Part shown: positions 44,135 through 55,445 of the stretch, piece by piece
How the letters are laid out: each line of letters opens with the position of its first letter
Position numbering within the stretch: the first letter of the stretch is position 1
Virus record (IMG/VR): IMGVR_UViG_3300050156_000143
Coordinates: 1-64,000 of that record
Strand: one strand, 5' to 3'
Source of the DNA: a virus
Lineage: Duplodnaviria; Caudoviricetes
DNA: 64,000 nucleotides
Made by a program: the position numbers and the translations under genes
The notes under the pieces: generated by a model
What the model was told of the DNA's origin: nothing
Database searches by the model: none
What the model saw: the letters and a program-made list of their open reading frames with translations, nothing else

Positions 44135-44884
44135 TTATTCTGCATGCAAACTTGGTGTCAACATTGTCCCGAAACTTTCAATCAACTTTTGTTGTGCATC
44201 GTCGCTAAAAGTGAACGAACCCGTGTGCTTCAATCTGACCCTAGTATCGACATACACTTTGCCCCCAAGTTGCCTGAAATTGTCACAAAATTGCCAATCT
44301 TCTGACAATAATCTCCCACCACGAACATCTGTCCCAAAATATGTTTTCATGTGTTGATCCAAATCTGGATTCATGCCGATGTCATTTTGGTAAGAATGCA
44401 CTGATTGATGTGAATTCAACTTGAAAAAAACTTCACGTTTAATGGCCATGAATCCAGTGCCAATTTTTGAAACTTCTACCAATCCATCGCCAGAATCGTG
44501 GCCATTTTCGATTCCGTTGACACACCATTTTATTGGCAAAGTTTTCATCGGGTAAAGACCACCAATCACATCGACGTTTCTATCAATGATGGCCAGCAGA
44601 TGCCAAGGTTTCCAACCAATGTCAGCATCAATAAAGACCAAGTGTGTTCTTTCGGGATTGGCTAGGAAATTGGCAGTCATCGTGTTCCTAGCACGGTTGA
44701 TCAGCGATTCGTTGGTTAAAGTTTCGATTGTCCATTTAATACCAAGCTCGTTGGCGGTATTGGCCCATTCAATGAAACTCATGAATGCAGACTCAGTTAA
44801 CATTCCGCCATAACAGGGCATGGCTATGTGTAAATGAAGTGTGCGAAGATAGTCTAGATTAACTTGGATTTGCGTCATCAGCAA
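44135..44884 (-). CDS. GT-A (GT2-like) glycosyltransferase
   Basis: IAMPCYGG, LINRARN, FIDADIGW (DxD), LSEDWQFC. Confidence 0.8.
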   Translation of the reverse strand: MLMTQIQVNLDYLRTLHLHIAMPCYGGMLTESAFMSFIEWANTANELGIKWTIETLTNESLINRARNTMTANFLANPERTHLVFIDADIGWKPWHLLAIIDRNVDVIGGLYPMKTLPIKWCVNGIENGHDSGDGLVEVSKIGTGFMAIKREVFFKLNSHQSVHSYQNDIGMNPDLDQHMKTYFGTDVRGGRLLSEDWQFCDNFRQLGGKVYVDTRVRLKHTGSFTFSDDAQQKLIESFGTMLTPSLHAE

Positions 44885-44885
44885 A

Positions 44886-45485
44886 TTATAACATGCGTTT
44901 TAATCTGATGATTGCTTCTGTTAGCTGCAACTGTGTGTCAAAAATTGGTTTCAAAGTGGGGGCATATTTTCCGTACAATGAACGCAATATGGTCATTTTG
45001 TTTGGCGACCTTGCATACAATTTGCGCACCATTCTGGCATCTTTGATTGTGTGCCCATCAACCGTGAATCTGCCCACTTCCAACGTTTTGACGTAAGCAT
45101 GTTCCAACACCGTTTCCCCAAACCCCTCCCAGGGTTGCATGTACGATTCGTCAGTAAAAGAAAATCGTGGGGAATCACCTCGCATATCTTTTTCTGAAAT
45201 ACCAAACACCAACACGGTGGATTCAGGATGTGCGAAAAGTGACGTATATTGTTTTGCCGAATAAGGTCTCTTCACGACCAAAATGTTTTTGCGTGGAATA
45301 CCAGCAGCCACCGCCATTTTGATTCTATCTTTTGAGGAAAATGGACTGTCAGGTAATTCTTGCTTTGAACTGATTGCAACAAACGAATGTTCGATACCAA
45401 ATTCGTTCACCAATTGCCAGAAAGCATGGGCATGCCCTTTGTGAAACGGGTGAAATCTACCTGGCATTATGGCGATGGTTGGCAT
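44886..45485 (-). CDS. Cytidyltransferase-like (HIGH-family) nucleotidyltransferase
   Basis: PGRFHPFHKGH. Confidence 0.8.
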   Translation of the reverse strand: MPTIAIMPGRFHPFHKGHAHAFWQLVNEFGIEHSFVAISSKQELPDSPFSSKDRIKMAVAAGIPRKNILVVKRPYSAKQYTSLFAHPESTVLVFGISEKDMRGDSPRFSFTDESYMQPWEGFGETVLEHAYVKTLEVGRFTVDGHTIKDARMVRKLYARSPNKMTILRSLYGKYAPTLKPIFDTQLQLTEAIIRLKRML

Positions 45486-45821
45486 ATTAGTAACTAAGAC
45501 TCACAAAATTGATAGTCCCGGCAGTAAATCCGGTCAATTTGGCCCGTATCAACACGAAATTGCCAATGACGTTCAAATAAGACGCCGCAGTGCCCGTCAA
45601 CGTGATGGAGTCAATTTGGCACCAATCGGCTTCAGACGGGGCATCCGCTAGGGTGCCTTCAATTGTGAGTGAACCAACTGCATTGGTGGCACTGTACGAC
45701 ACGGTTTGTCTATCTTTGCCAGCAAAGGTGTATCCAGCCGCTGGTTTGGCAATTCCGGTAACCGTTGGCCCAGCGGATGCCACAGTTTGTGCCAGCAATT
45801 GAACAGTTTGAATCTGTGACA

Positions 45822-45983
45822 TTACAGCCGCCCAACTTCTACCACAAAATCTGGAACAAGTTCTTGGACAACGTTTTGCACATCTGCAATCAAATCACCA
45901 CTCACATCGAAATTGATGTCATCGTTGTCGTGAATCAGTTTCTGAAACTTTACTTGAATAGTGGTTGTAACGATTGTTGCCAT
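45822..45983 (-). CDS. Small hypothetical late protein (53 aa, absent from ORF track)
   Basis: MATIVTTTIQVKFQKL...VVQELVPDFVVEV; TAAATA 4 nt upstream; overlaps 45487-45822. Confidence 0.6.
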   Translation of the reverse strand: MATIVTTTIQVKFQKLIHDNDDINFDVSGDLIADVQNVVQELVPDFVVEVGRL

Positions 45984-45990
45984 GTTGTAT

Positions 45991-46431
45991 TTATGGTGCA
46001 GTCAAAATGTCTCTAACTTGCATCAACAGTTTCCCCAACATGTTCGCACCTGATCCGTTTCCACCGTCACCCCAGTATTTGTCATTGGTGGTGTGCTCGC
46101 ACAATATACTGTCTCCGGTCGAAATCAATAATAACCTGAGCTTCTCATGTTGCGTGAATTTTGCAAGAAGCACTTTTAATATAACGTCGTTTTTGACCTG
46201 TTCCCAATCTTCTCTAAGTTGAACATCGGGATCGCGCCCATAAGTCGCTGCGAGTTTTGGAGTACCAGCTTTCCTTATTTTTTCTTGATACGTGGGGTCG
46301 ATGAACTTTTGCGATTGATAATAATGCTCCGAAGTTGGCCACAACTTGTTATCCAATCTGATCGGATACCTGACAAAATTAGAAAATGCACCGTAAGTCG
46401 AAGTGGTGGAATAAAAGTTGATCGTTTTCAT
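45991..46431 (-). CDS. NADAR (YbiA-like) protein
   Basis: FSNF, WPTSEHYYQSQKF, LLAKFTQH, DKYWGDG...NMLGKLLMQVR. Confidence 0.92.
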   Translation of the reverse strand: MKTINFYSTTSTYGAFSNFVRYPIRLDNKLWPTSEHYYQSQKFIDPTYQEKIRKAGTPKLAATYGRDPDVQLREDWEQVKNDVILKVLLAKFTQHEKLRLLLISTGDSILCEHTTNDKYWGDGGNGSGANMLGKLLMQVRDILTAP

Positions 46432-46707
46432 GTAAACAATAGTGTAAACGCCGTTCTTAGGTCAGGGTCTGGGATATACACGTAGAACACGTTAGTGGGT
46501 AACCAGCTAGTTACCGATGAAAATCGATATGGTATACCCACTGTTTGATGCCATATGGCTTGTTCTGGGTATTGCCCAGGGCGTTCATCATGTAAAACCA
46601 ATACACATTGAGGTTTGGGGACAATAAGCGGGTTCAACTTGGAGAAGTCAAAGTTTCCATCCGATGACATCCCTATCCGTTCTGAAACCTCAACCAAGTC
46701 TTGAACT

Positions 46708-47832
46708 TCAATCGGCATAATAGTGTGAAATCTCATCTTCAAACAGCCAAAAACCCAGAGAATTTGCAATCTGAACATCAACTCGATATTGCGGGGCGGG
46801 ATATGAGACCGCAACCAAACGAACATATGGTTGTTTGCATAGCCACTCAAATTCTTTTCTGCCAGTTTTGAAATACGGATTATGTTTTTGTTGCAGATGT
46901 CTCAGGTTTCCAGGCCCGTGTACAACAACCTTATCCCCAACCTGAAATCCCCGTAGTGGGCCGATTAACTCATCATGTTCAATTATTGTGTTCCTCATAT
47001 TGGTGGACGATTTCATCATCGTGAACCCATACTGTTTCAAAATAGTTCGGGTAAGTTTCGATTTCGAGCAGATACGCTGGTGAATTAACTGGGTCATAAT
47101 CCACTAGAACTATTTTTCCCTTGGAACCAGACATGGCTATTTCTGACTCGGACAATGCCCACGAGTTCAATGATGCGCGACGCTGTGCAGTATCCGATTG
47201 ATTCACTTTGAATACAATTTTGTCGCCAATTTCAAACCCACGAAGTAACGATGCCAAGGAAAGTTCGTCCATACTAATTCTCAAAGTGGAAATTAAGGTC
47301 TGACCCACTGAACCACGATGAATGGTTAAACTTGCTATTGGGTTCATCACAGTGCAAGGACTCGACGAACCCAAAAAACTCGGGATCAACATCTACCAAA
47401 TAACTATCATCCGCATAGTCGCAAACGATGACCACACCCGTCATCCCCGATTTTGCATATGCACGTAATTCATCATCGGACGCGGTGACAATCACTCGGT
47501 CTCCAATTTCATACGGCACATCGGATAACAACAGGTTGGCCACATCGGTTTCAATCATTTTGTTCCTCATAGTAGTGAGTGAGTTCATCGGAATATGCCC
47601 ATACAGTTGGCAAATTCGTGCCAAGACTGATTTTGTGACACGGCTCGTCCACATCGACGGCCAAAATTATCGCTGGGGTCATCCCAAGCCCGTTCTGATT
47701 TCTAATATGCACATATAAGAAGACGATATCCTCACCAGCGTCATTTTTCTTTCGCATTTTCCCCGAATGCAATGTGACTTTATCCCCAACCTGAAATCCC
47801 CGTAGAAGGCCGATTATTTCATCTTGTTCCAT
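46708..47832 (-). CDS. Tandem array II of family A: 47551-47832, 47274-47558, 46979-47272, 46708-~46990
   Basis: DEIIGLLRGFQVGD / DVANLLLSDVPYEIGD / DELSLASLLRGFEIGD N-termini; DE(I/L)xHYYE C-termini. Confidence 0.85.
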
Positions 47833-48027
47833 CTGATGTGTACTCGTAGTAAGAAGTTAGAAACTCATGGACTGTCAAGTCTCCAGAACTGTACGTCACG
47901 GTTTTGACAATGTATCGCCCAATTTTGCGCCGCATGCACCAACGTAGCCACAGAAAGTGGTCTCCGACCTTGATCGGCAACCATGCAAAGTGCGCTGTGT
48001 ATTCGGTGATGGGCTTATCAATGATGT

Positions 48028-48759
48028 TCACTGGTAGCACAGCAGTTCTCCTATCAGTTGTTTGACTTCCACAACGTCTTCTGCACGTCTGGAAAACATG
48101 ACCGCCCACTTGGAGGGATCAACGTAATCGTACACCATTTTCACATGTTCTTGCCCAAGTTGATCTAAAAATCGAATGCCATCGTTGTAATTATACAACA
48201 ACCAGGGACTCAATTTTCCAGACACGATGGCTGAACACAACACACTCGCGTGTAGGAAAAACACTCCAGTCATGTCAACGTCATGTTCTTCGCACAAATC
48301 ACACAATGTTTCCACACTTCGTTGCACTGCATCCACGTGATTCTCATTGCGTAAAAATGTAACTAAAAATTGCGTGTAGGTTGAATCCAAGTGCCACAAA
48401 TCTAGTTTCAGATTTTCCTTGAACAAATGATCTAGGTATTTTGTTCTATTGATGACATAAGTGTTTGTGCAAAATTCCCCAAATTTTAGAAATCCATTGA
48501 ACAACTTTGATTCAGCAAATTGCTCATATGTGGTGACTTTCCCAAAAGATTGCTTGAAGTATTTTGAATATGCGTCGAACGCGATCAAACAAGGCTTCGT
48601 TGCTTTATTTTCATGCCGTTGTTTTTTGGTGCAGGTGTGCCTACTCGCGGCTGATTCTCGTTGGAATTCTTTTTTGCAATATTGACAGACAAACTTACAT
48701 GCCAGAGGAGGCTTGATGGTCGGTGATATCGTCCTGCGTGACATAAGTGCTGAGTTCAT
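48028..48759 (-). CDS. Conserved hypothetical with N-terminal C2H-C zinc finger
   Basis: CQYCKKEF...HTC. Confidence 0.6.
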   Translation of the reverse strand: MNSALMSRRTISPTIKPPLACKFVCQYCKKEFQRESAASRHTCTKKQRHENKATKPCLIAFDAYSKYFKQSFGKVTTYEQFAESKLFNGFLKFGEFCTNTYVINRTKYLDHLFKENLKLDLWHLDSTYTQFLVTFLRNENHVDAVQRSVETLCDLCEEHDVDMTGVFFLHASVLCSAIVSGKLSPWLLYNYNDGIRFLDQLGQEHVKMVYDYVDPSKWAVMFSRRAEDVVEVKQLIGELLCYQ

Positions 48760-49222
48760 ATAAATCCGACAATTTCATATTGGGGCAAACTTTTGCCAAA
48801 TAGTGACATTTATTTTGGGTGGTCACGTAGTCAGCAATGTGTGTGGCAGACGTTTCTCCAATTTTGTTGAAATATTCTTTGGCATCTTTGTGTTTAATTT
48901 TTTCCCTAAACTTGGTGTATTTTGTTGACAACTGTGGAATCCACTGATGCTTCAACATTGTTCCCAAACTGGCTGAACACAGTAACTGCCATTGTAAGGT
49001 CGGGTGACGACCAATTGTCGAACTAAACATCAAGTCGTTGATGTGATTGTATCCTCGAACCTGATACTCCTGTGTGTCCTGATTGCCTGTGACTGAACTA
49101 AGCCAGATCATCATAGTGTATGGGGCAAATTTACGTTGTTCTTCTATGGGCAATGATGCCAGGTATCCATACGATTTTGAATCGATGGCGGTCAATACTG
49201 GGAATAAATTGAAGTCACTCAT
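48695..49222 (-). CDS. Possible clamp-loader small subunit-like protein
   Basis: LTAIDSK...FAPYTMMIWLSSV...HPTLQWQLL recalls gp62-like proteins; tentative. Confidence 0.4.
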   Translation of the reverse strand: MSDFNLFPVLTAIDSKSYGYLASLPIEEQRKFAPYTMMIWLSSVTGNQDTQEYQVRGYNHINDLMFSSTIGRHPTLQWQLLCSASLGTMLKHQWIPQLSTKYTKFREKIKHKDAKEYFNKIGETSATHIADYVTTQNKCHYLAKVCPNMKLSDLYELSTYVTQDDITDHQASSGM

Positions 49223-51873
49223 TAGTCGTTTTGTCGGGAAAGTGGAATTTAAGTTCTTCATCAAAGTACATATAACAGATGGCACCAACCATGACGTAAT
49301 TTGCCAGCCATGTTTTATGCACTATTTTTCCGACAAAGCCCGCATTGGTTCTCACCGTGTCTCCCACCTCGAATTCCGCGTCTGAAAGGAGCATTTGAGC
49401 CACATCGTCTTCATCATGTTCAATCATTTTGATCCTCATAGTAATGGGAAATTTCGTCAGAATATACCCAAACATTGGGCGAACTCGGGCTGAAGTTGAT
49501 TTTGTAACACGGTTCTTCCAAATCGACTGCCAAAATTCGCGCATGAACTAAACGTTGTCTAATGCGTAACCGGTTGAAGAGGTCATCATCCACTACGTTA
49601 TCAGTTTTTCGCATTTTCCCCGAATGCAATGTGACATTATCACCAATTTCAAACCCACGTAGAAGGCCGATTATTTCATCGTGTTCAGTCATTTCGATCC
49701 TCATAGTAATGGGCGATTTCGTCTTCCCAAAGCCAAAACTGTTCACCTGTGTAGTCCACTGAAACGACCCCAATACCATATTGTGGGCATGGATACATGA
49801 TGTCTGTCAATTCCACATATGGTTGCTGAACTAGCCAATCGAATATACGTTGGTAATCAGGTTCTCTCAGTTTCGGAACGCTTGGTTCACGTACAACAAT
49901 TTTGTCCCCCACGCAAAAGCCCCGTAGAAGGCCGATTATTTCATCGTGTTCAATCACGTTGATCTCCAAAATGGTGAGTAATTTCATGTGGATATACCCA
50001 CCACCAGCCAATGTCTTGTGTCCGACATGCAATCGATGGGTATGGGTGCTCTGGTGGCACATCAAGGACATCGGTTATGGTTCCCGTGCGCCCCTCGAAC
50101 CGTCTTAGGCGTTGTTGTCTAATAATTTGTCGAGATTCGACGGCGGGTTCAAATGCGAGTCTCCGTGAGTAATCCAGATGAAATACGACTTCATCCCCAG
50201 CGCAAAAGCCCCTCAATATGCCGATCAACTCATCTTGGTTCATGATAGGGTAGAAGATTTAACGAACAAATTTAGATCGGCAGCGGTAGCGAATTCCAAT
50301 GAAAGTTCATGGACAAAAACACAACAGTTGCCATCCCTTAAATCTTGAAACACTTCAACCCGCATGCAACTAACCGTGAAAGGAACGCTAAAGACACATG
50401 CGTGCATGGTGTTATCAATGTACCCACGTATTTGCGCCAAATCGTATTGGAATGAATTTCCATCCACAAAAAATCGCGGAATTAATTCAAACCGATCTAG
50501 CAATTCATCCGCAGTGAAAGTAATCGTGCGTGTCATTCCGGGAAATAGTGTTTACAATAATTGATATGAGTGACAATCACGATGTCGGCCCACGCTGGCG
50601 AGTCCAAAATAATTGACACGTTTTCCCCATCAGATTCGACAACGGTTCCTGCATATTTTTCACCACAGTAGTCATACATGATGGGATCACCTTCGTCAAA
50701 TGGTGTGCCATCGATCAGTAAACTTGCTAACTTATTTTCATTCATGATGCACCTTGATCAAAAAAGTATTCCAAATCGTTGCGTGTATACCATAAACACA
50801 ACTTCTGATAAGTTAGTTTGGAATCAAATACGATCTGAATTTCCATGCCTCTTACGATAGCAGCTACCGTTCCGACTAATCCATTCCCATCAAACTGATC
50901 GTCTGCATTCTTGCCAATCGCCATCATTGCCACTGTATCTGGGTCAGCTTTGACCCTTATCCGGTCTCCGATCTCGAACTGTACATCGGATAACAACAGG
51001 TTGGCTAAATCGGTTTCAGTCATTTTGTTCCTCATAGTAGTGAGTGAGTTCATCTTCAAATGCCCACATTGTTCTAGTCGTAAATCTGACCTGAATTGGC
51101 GCCGATCCGGGAGGTTCCGTGTATATTCTAATCACCACGCAACCCCGTCCATCTAGACTACTGGCTAATTCAGCGTCGTGAATCCCAAATACTCGTCGAT
51201 CTGTTCTCCTGGAAGCATCGAAGTGATAAATTACTTCATCACCAACTTCAAACCCACGTAGTAACGATGCCAAAGAAAGTTCGTCCATGATGCACCTCAC
51301 AGTGAAAACTGTTGTCTAAATGATGATAGCCCATTATCCGAATCAAACTGTAAGACCAATTCTATAATTCGCACAGTTATTTTTGGTTTAATGACATAGC
51401 GGTCACCCTCTGGGGTCACCACTATCCCTGGCACACTAGATTGCTCTATCTCAACTGTATGTTTAACCACGCTCCCGCCGTATTCCGACAATTTAATCGA
51501 CACTGCATCTAGGTAAAATTTGTCGATGTGTGTTCGCATGTTCTCAAGCCCAGACATGTATGTGGTAAACGATGTTGGCGGGCCAAATATTTTAAACAAT
51601 GCCAGACGACGCAATATCATCGTCGATTTTTGGTCAGTTTTCATAATAGTGAGTAATTTCATCGGAAAATACCCACTCACGCAATGTATTGTGCTCAATC
51701 CGGTATCGTGGCTCACTGTCATCACAATCAACGATCCTCCAATAGACACCCGTTAGTGGTAGTGCGTATCGCCACGATATATCGTGGTATTCCCGCATTT
51801 CACCTGGCCACACCGTCACCGTGTCCCCTACGCAAAACCCCCGTAGTAGACCGATCATTTCATCTTGTTCCAC
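49215..51873 (-). CDS. Tandem array III of family A (8 copies: 49215-49427, 49420-49692, 49685-49957, 49950-50243, 50533-50745, 50742-51023, 51016-51288, 51634-51873) with two family B-like genes interleaved
   Basis: Conserved termini, mostly 8-nt overlaps, repeated DNA blocks. Confidence 0.85.
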
Positions 51874-53058
51874 ATCGTTTCCTCGTGTTAACTGAATAGT
51901 AGTTCAAACGCAGTTCTCATGGTCGTATCCGCAATAAACACGTAACACCCCATGATGTTCTCATCGGAATGAATAAAAGTCTTTGACCATAACGAAATGC
52001 AGCCCAAATCTATCAAGTATTGTTGAGCCAATAACAGCTTTTCCCATTCGTGTAGTGAATAGCAAAGTTTTATTGTTTGATCCAAGGGCACATCAACGGG
52101 TGAATCCAAAATGAAGTCATCATAAAACCACGGTGGTGCCCACGATGGATGAGGATAAACTTCAACAGTTTTGGTCACATGCCGTACCTTAAACTTTGGG
52201 ATTTGGTGGCAAATGAGTGAGAGGTTGATTTATTGCCACTTACCATGAGATGATGCGTCGTGCAAGATGCTGGTAATATCAATACTATCAAAATGGCCGC
52301 AAGAATCGGGTTCAAGGTGCCTCCATCGTGTTTGCCATCATTCCCGCTCGCATGGCGTCGATCAACGTATTATACGGGGCGGCGTTCTCATATTGAGTTC
52401 CAACACCAATCTGAGGAAACCACGCATTGCGAACGTTTGCCATAAAAGAGTTCACCACCACAAACTTCACCCATTCCTTCAACACTTCATCGCCATCGGC
52501 TGTGGCAATCGCATCCGCAATACTGACCAGCACATTGGTCTCCCACTGGCGAAGTAAGCATTTCAAATAGTCTACCACAGGATCACGTGAATCACGTTGC
52601 CGAATCGACCCAGAGGCACTGCTTAGTTGCGCAATCCCGACAGTATATTCACCAACAGTGAACTCATGATGTTCAACAATGTGATCCCAAACTTGTTGAT
52701 GAATAAGCGCAAAATGTAACCTACCTCGACCCATCTCGGTATTCACAAATAGTTTTCTGTCATGATCCATTTGAAATAAGATGGAAAAATCCATTGACTC
52801 ATTTTGTTCAACCAAGTTTTCACGTGCGTAATTTAGCACCAATGCCGCACCCGACCCCCAGATATTTTCCACCCCGCCGTAACCATCATATTCACCATAA
52901 CACGGTGTTTTTATGGGGATATAATGAGACTCAGGGTAACACAAATCGGTGGTAAATGTGTTTTGCACCATCGCCACAATGACCACAGATTGGCCCTGAA
53001 TGATTGGCAAATGTGAAATAGCGCATGTTTGATTCCAGTACCCCACAATACCCCCGTG

Positions 53059-53559
53059 TTAAAAACACTGACTAAAATCGACTATTTCACTGTTGCGTGA
53101 CACGTCTTGAACAAAATACACACATTTTGGTTTATGTGAATTCTCGATCGGCACACACAGGTATTGGCCACTTTTCAACTTTGGGCTGCACCAGTCTACA
53201 TCATGATACACGTCGAGTACCTCAATTTCTGGAAAAGATGGTCTAAACCCGGATAATGGATTCAACTCAAATGCCTTGAAACCACGATCATTGATGCTGG
53301 TAAGAGGCAATGCTTCGAGGTCTCCAACTTCAGGGTCTCCAATCAGTATTTGCCAGTTTAGGGGCATTTTGATCACATGAGTACCAATTCTTAGCACCAA
53401 AGCTGGCGCCTTGAACGTCTCCAATAGGATCAACTGTGAAAAAAAGTAATCCACATCTTTGGGGTTACTATTATCCAAAATTGCATATCTAAGGTCGCCC
53501 ACATCATTCGGAACAAAATCTAGACACATGGTCTGATTTTCAATCGTTAGTATATTCAC
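53059..53559 (-). CDS. Conserved hypothetical protein coupled to uvsW
   Basis: 166-aa ORF overlapping the uvsW stop. Confidence 0.6.
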   Translation of the reverse strand: MNILTIENQTMCLDFVPNDVGDLRYAILDNSNPKDVDYFFSQLILLETFKAPALVLRIGTHVIKMPLNWQILIGDPEVGDLEALPLTSINDRGFKAFELNPLSGFRPSFPEIEVLDVYHDVDWCSPKLKSGQYLCVPIENSHKPKCVYFVQDVSRNSEIVDFSQCF

Positions 53560-55028
53560 TTATAATTCACTTTCTCGATATCAAACGGATACTGAGCATT
53601 TTTGTAAAATTCCTTACGTTTGGTAAGGTGGCGTTTAGCAAATTTGCAACTTGAGGTGATATCGTAAATTTGGACAAAGTTCTTGTCTTCTGTTCTACGT
53701 ATTCCTCGGCCTATACTCTGGATAACTCTTACGAACGATTTGCCAGGTTCAATCAAAACCACATTGAAAATTCTCGGGGCGTTGATACCAACCGCTGCTA
53801 CCCCATAAGTCGCTATCGTAATCTGGTTATTGCTGGTGGCGATGGATTCATATTCGTCTTTTCTATCTGCCTGTTTCATCTTGCCACTTACAAAAGTGAC
53901 TTCAGGCTTGTTGTACAAGCTGGTCTCCGATGAGAGCATGATTTGTAACATTTTGCCAGCTTCGATTCTATCCACCAGCACCAGTGTGTTTCCACTGTTT
54001 TTTATGTCCAAAATCTGTTTAGCAATGACCTCCATTCTGGACACATCTTCTACCAAAAATTTCAACTCGGCTTGGTAATTGCCGAATTCTCGCTGGTCTT
54101 GTAATTGCAGTATCTTTACATGGCAATCGGACAATACCTTTTTATCTTGTAGTTGCTTTGCAGTGAGTTTGTTTGTGACCGGGCCAATAGATGTTATCAA
54201 AGATGTGTAATCTATTTTCTCCGGCGGAATCGTCCCCGTTAGCCCCAATCTGATGGGTATCTTTGCCATACAACCACAGAGCATGCTTCTGAGTTTATTG
54301 GCCTTTGCGCTGTGGGTTTCATCCACTATGACACATATTACCCCGTCTAGGAACTCACTATTATCAACTAGCGCGGTTCCCTTGATAATAATGTCAATAC
54401 TCTGCCAGGTGCAAATGACGTGTGTGTGGTTTGCCTCTTTTCTATCCCCGTAGTAAACCCCGACATCGAGTCCAAGGTTTATATAATCGGCCTCGGTCTG
54501 TTCTACTAAACTCTTGTTTGGAACTATGACAATCGATCTGCCATATTGTTGAACCATGAGGCTCACCGCCGCAGTGATCAGGGTTTTGCCAGCAGATGTT
54601 GCCAGTTCTTGAATGCACTGGCGATTGGTTAGAAAGTCGTTTACGGCGGTAACTTGATAGTCTCTGAGCATCACGGGCTTGCCAGCCGCTGGGTGTTTCT
54701 CTGGCCAGACAATGTGTGCAAAAGAATCTTCTCGTATGGGATCAAAGTGCATGTCATGTGAGTAATCACGCAAATCGTCCAATTCAAGTTGGTAATTCCG
54801 TTTCTCCAAAATTGGGATAATTTCAGACAACAAATTGATATAGGTTGTCCCGTTAGCGTTGAAAAACGCTGTTTTGCCGTTCCAGCGTCCAAGTCTCACG
54901 CTGGGCATAAACCTGGCGCTAGGAATTTCATATTCAAATTGTCTTTGCAACAGTGATTTAGTTTGTGGGTCTAATCCTGTAATACGGCAATTTACTTCAT
55001 CTAGTATTTGTATGGTGCAGTTGGGCAT
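53556..55028 (-). CDS. uvsW: UvsW-like SF2 DNA helicase
   Basis: LRDYQ, ATSAGKT, IVDETH, GLTGT, QSIGRGIR. Confidence 0.93.
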   Translation of the reverse strand: MPNCTIQILDEVNCRITGLDPQTKSLLQRQFEYEIPSARFMPSVRLGRWNGKTAFFNANGTTYINLLSEIIPILEKRNYQLELDDLRDYSHDMHFDPIREDSFAHIVWPEKHPAAGKPVMLRDYQVTAVNDFLTNRQCIQELATSAGKTLITAAVSLMVQQYGRSIVIVPNKSLVEQTEADYINLGLDVGVYYGDRKEANHTHVICTWQSIDIIIKGTALVDNSEFLDGVICVIVDETHSAKANKLRSMLCGCMAKIPIRLGLTGTIPPEKIDYTSLITSIGPVTNKLTAKQLQDKKVLSDCHVKILQLQDQREFGNYQAELKFLVEDVSRMEVIAKQILDIKNSGNTLVLVDRIEAGKMLQIMLSSETSLYNKPEVTFVSGKMKQADRKDEYESIATSNNQITIATYGVAAVGINAPRIFNVVLIEPGKSFVRVIQSIGRGIRRTEDKNFVQIYDITSSCKFAKRHLTKRKEFYKNAQYPFDIEKVNYK

Positions 55029-55445
55029 GTAGTGAGGAGTTAGCGCTATTATATCATCCGATGATGTATTTAAGCGGTAAGATGCGAGTATACCAGAATA
55101 CTGGTAGAATACTGGTATACAAACTGGGGGAACTATGTCAAATATGTTAGTTGAAAGTGGGTGAGTTCTTCAGCGGAATTAAAATTGATTATCGTGTGAG
55201 TCAATGTGTGCCATGTGATACTTGGGATGTCTGGAAACCGGACTAGAAATCTTTCCACGTTTTGTGGCACAGTGAGTTCACAATGGTAACCCAAAACGGA
55301 AGAAAGGCTATTCGCCACCTTTTCCAACAGTGTTGGCAACATATCCACATAAACATCACTACTAACGCATCTGGTAATCCCAAGTAGGAATGCGTTGGGC
55401 AGCAAGGGATATATGGCAGAGAATGGCACTATGATCGCACAGCTT

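Noticed and set aside
46708-51873. Diversity-generating retroelement explaining family A variability
   Set aside because: No reverse transcriptase in the window; repeat mismatches are not adenine-specific; variable cores differ in length and do not align.
46708-51873. CRISPR array
   Set aside because: The repeats are degenerate, irregularly spaced (hundreds of bp) and in-frame coding; no cas genes.
55088-55120. Inverted repeat with an 11-bp tandem duplication (AGAATACTGGT x2) upstream of uvsW
   Set aside because: Short; compatible with an ordinary terminator or processing hairpin plus slippage; no further support.
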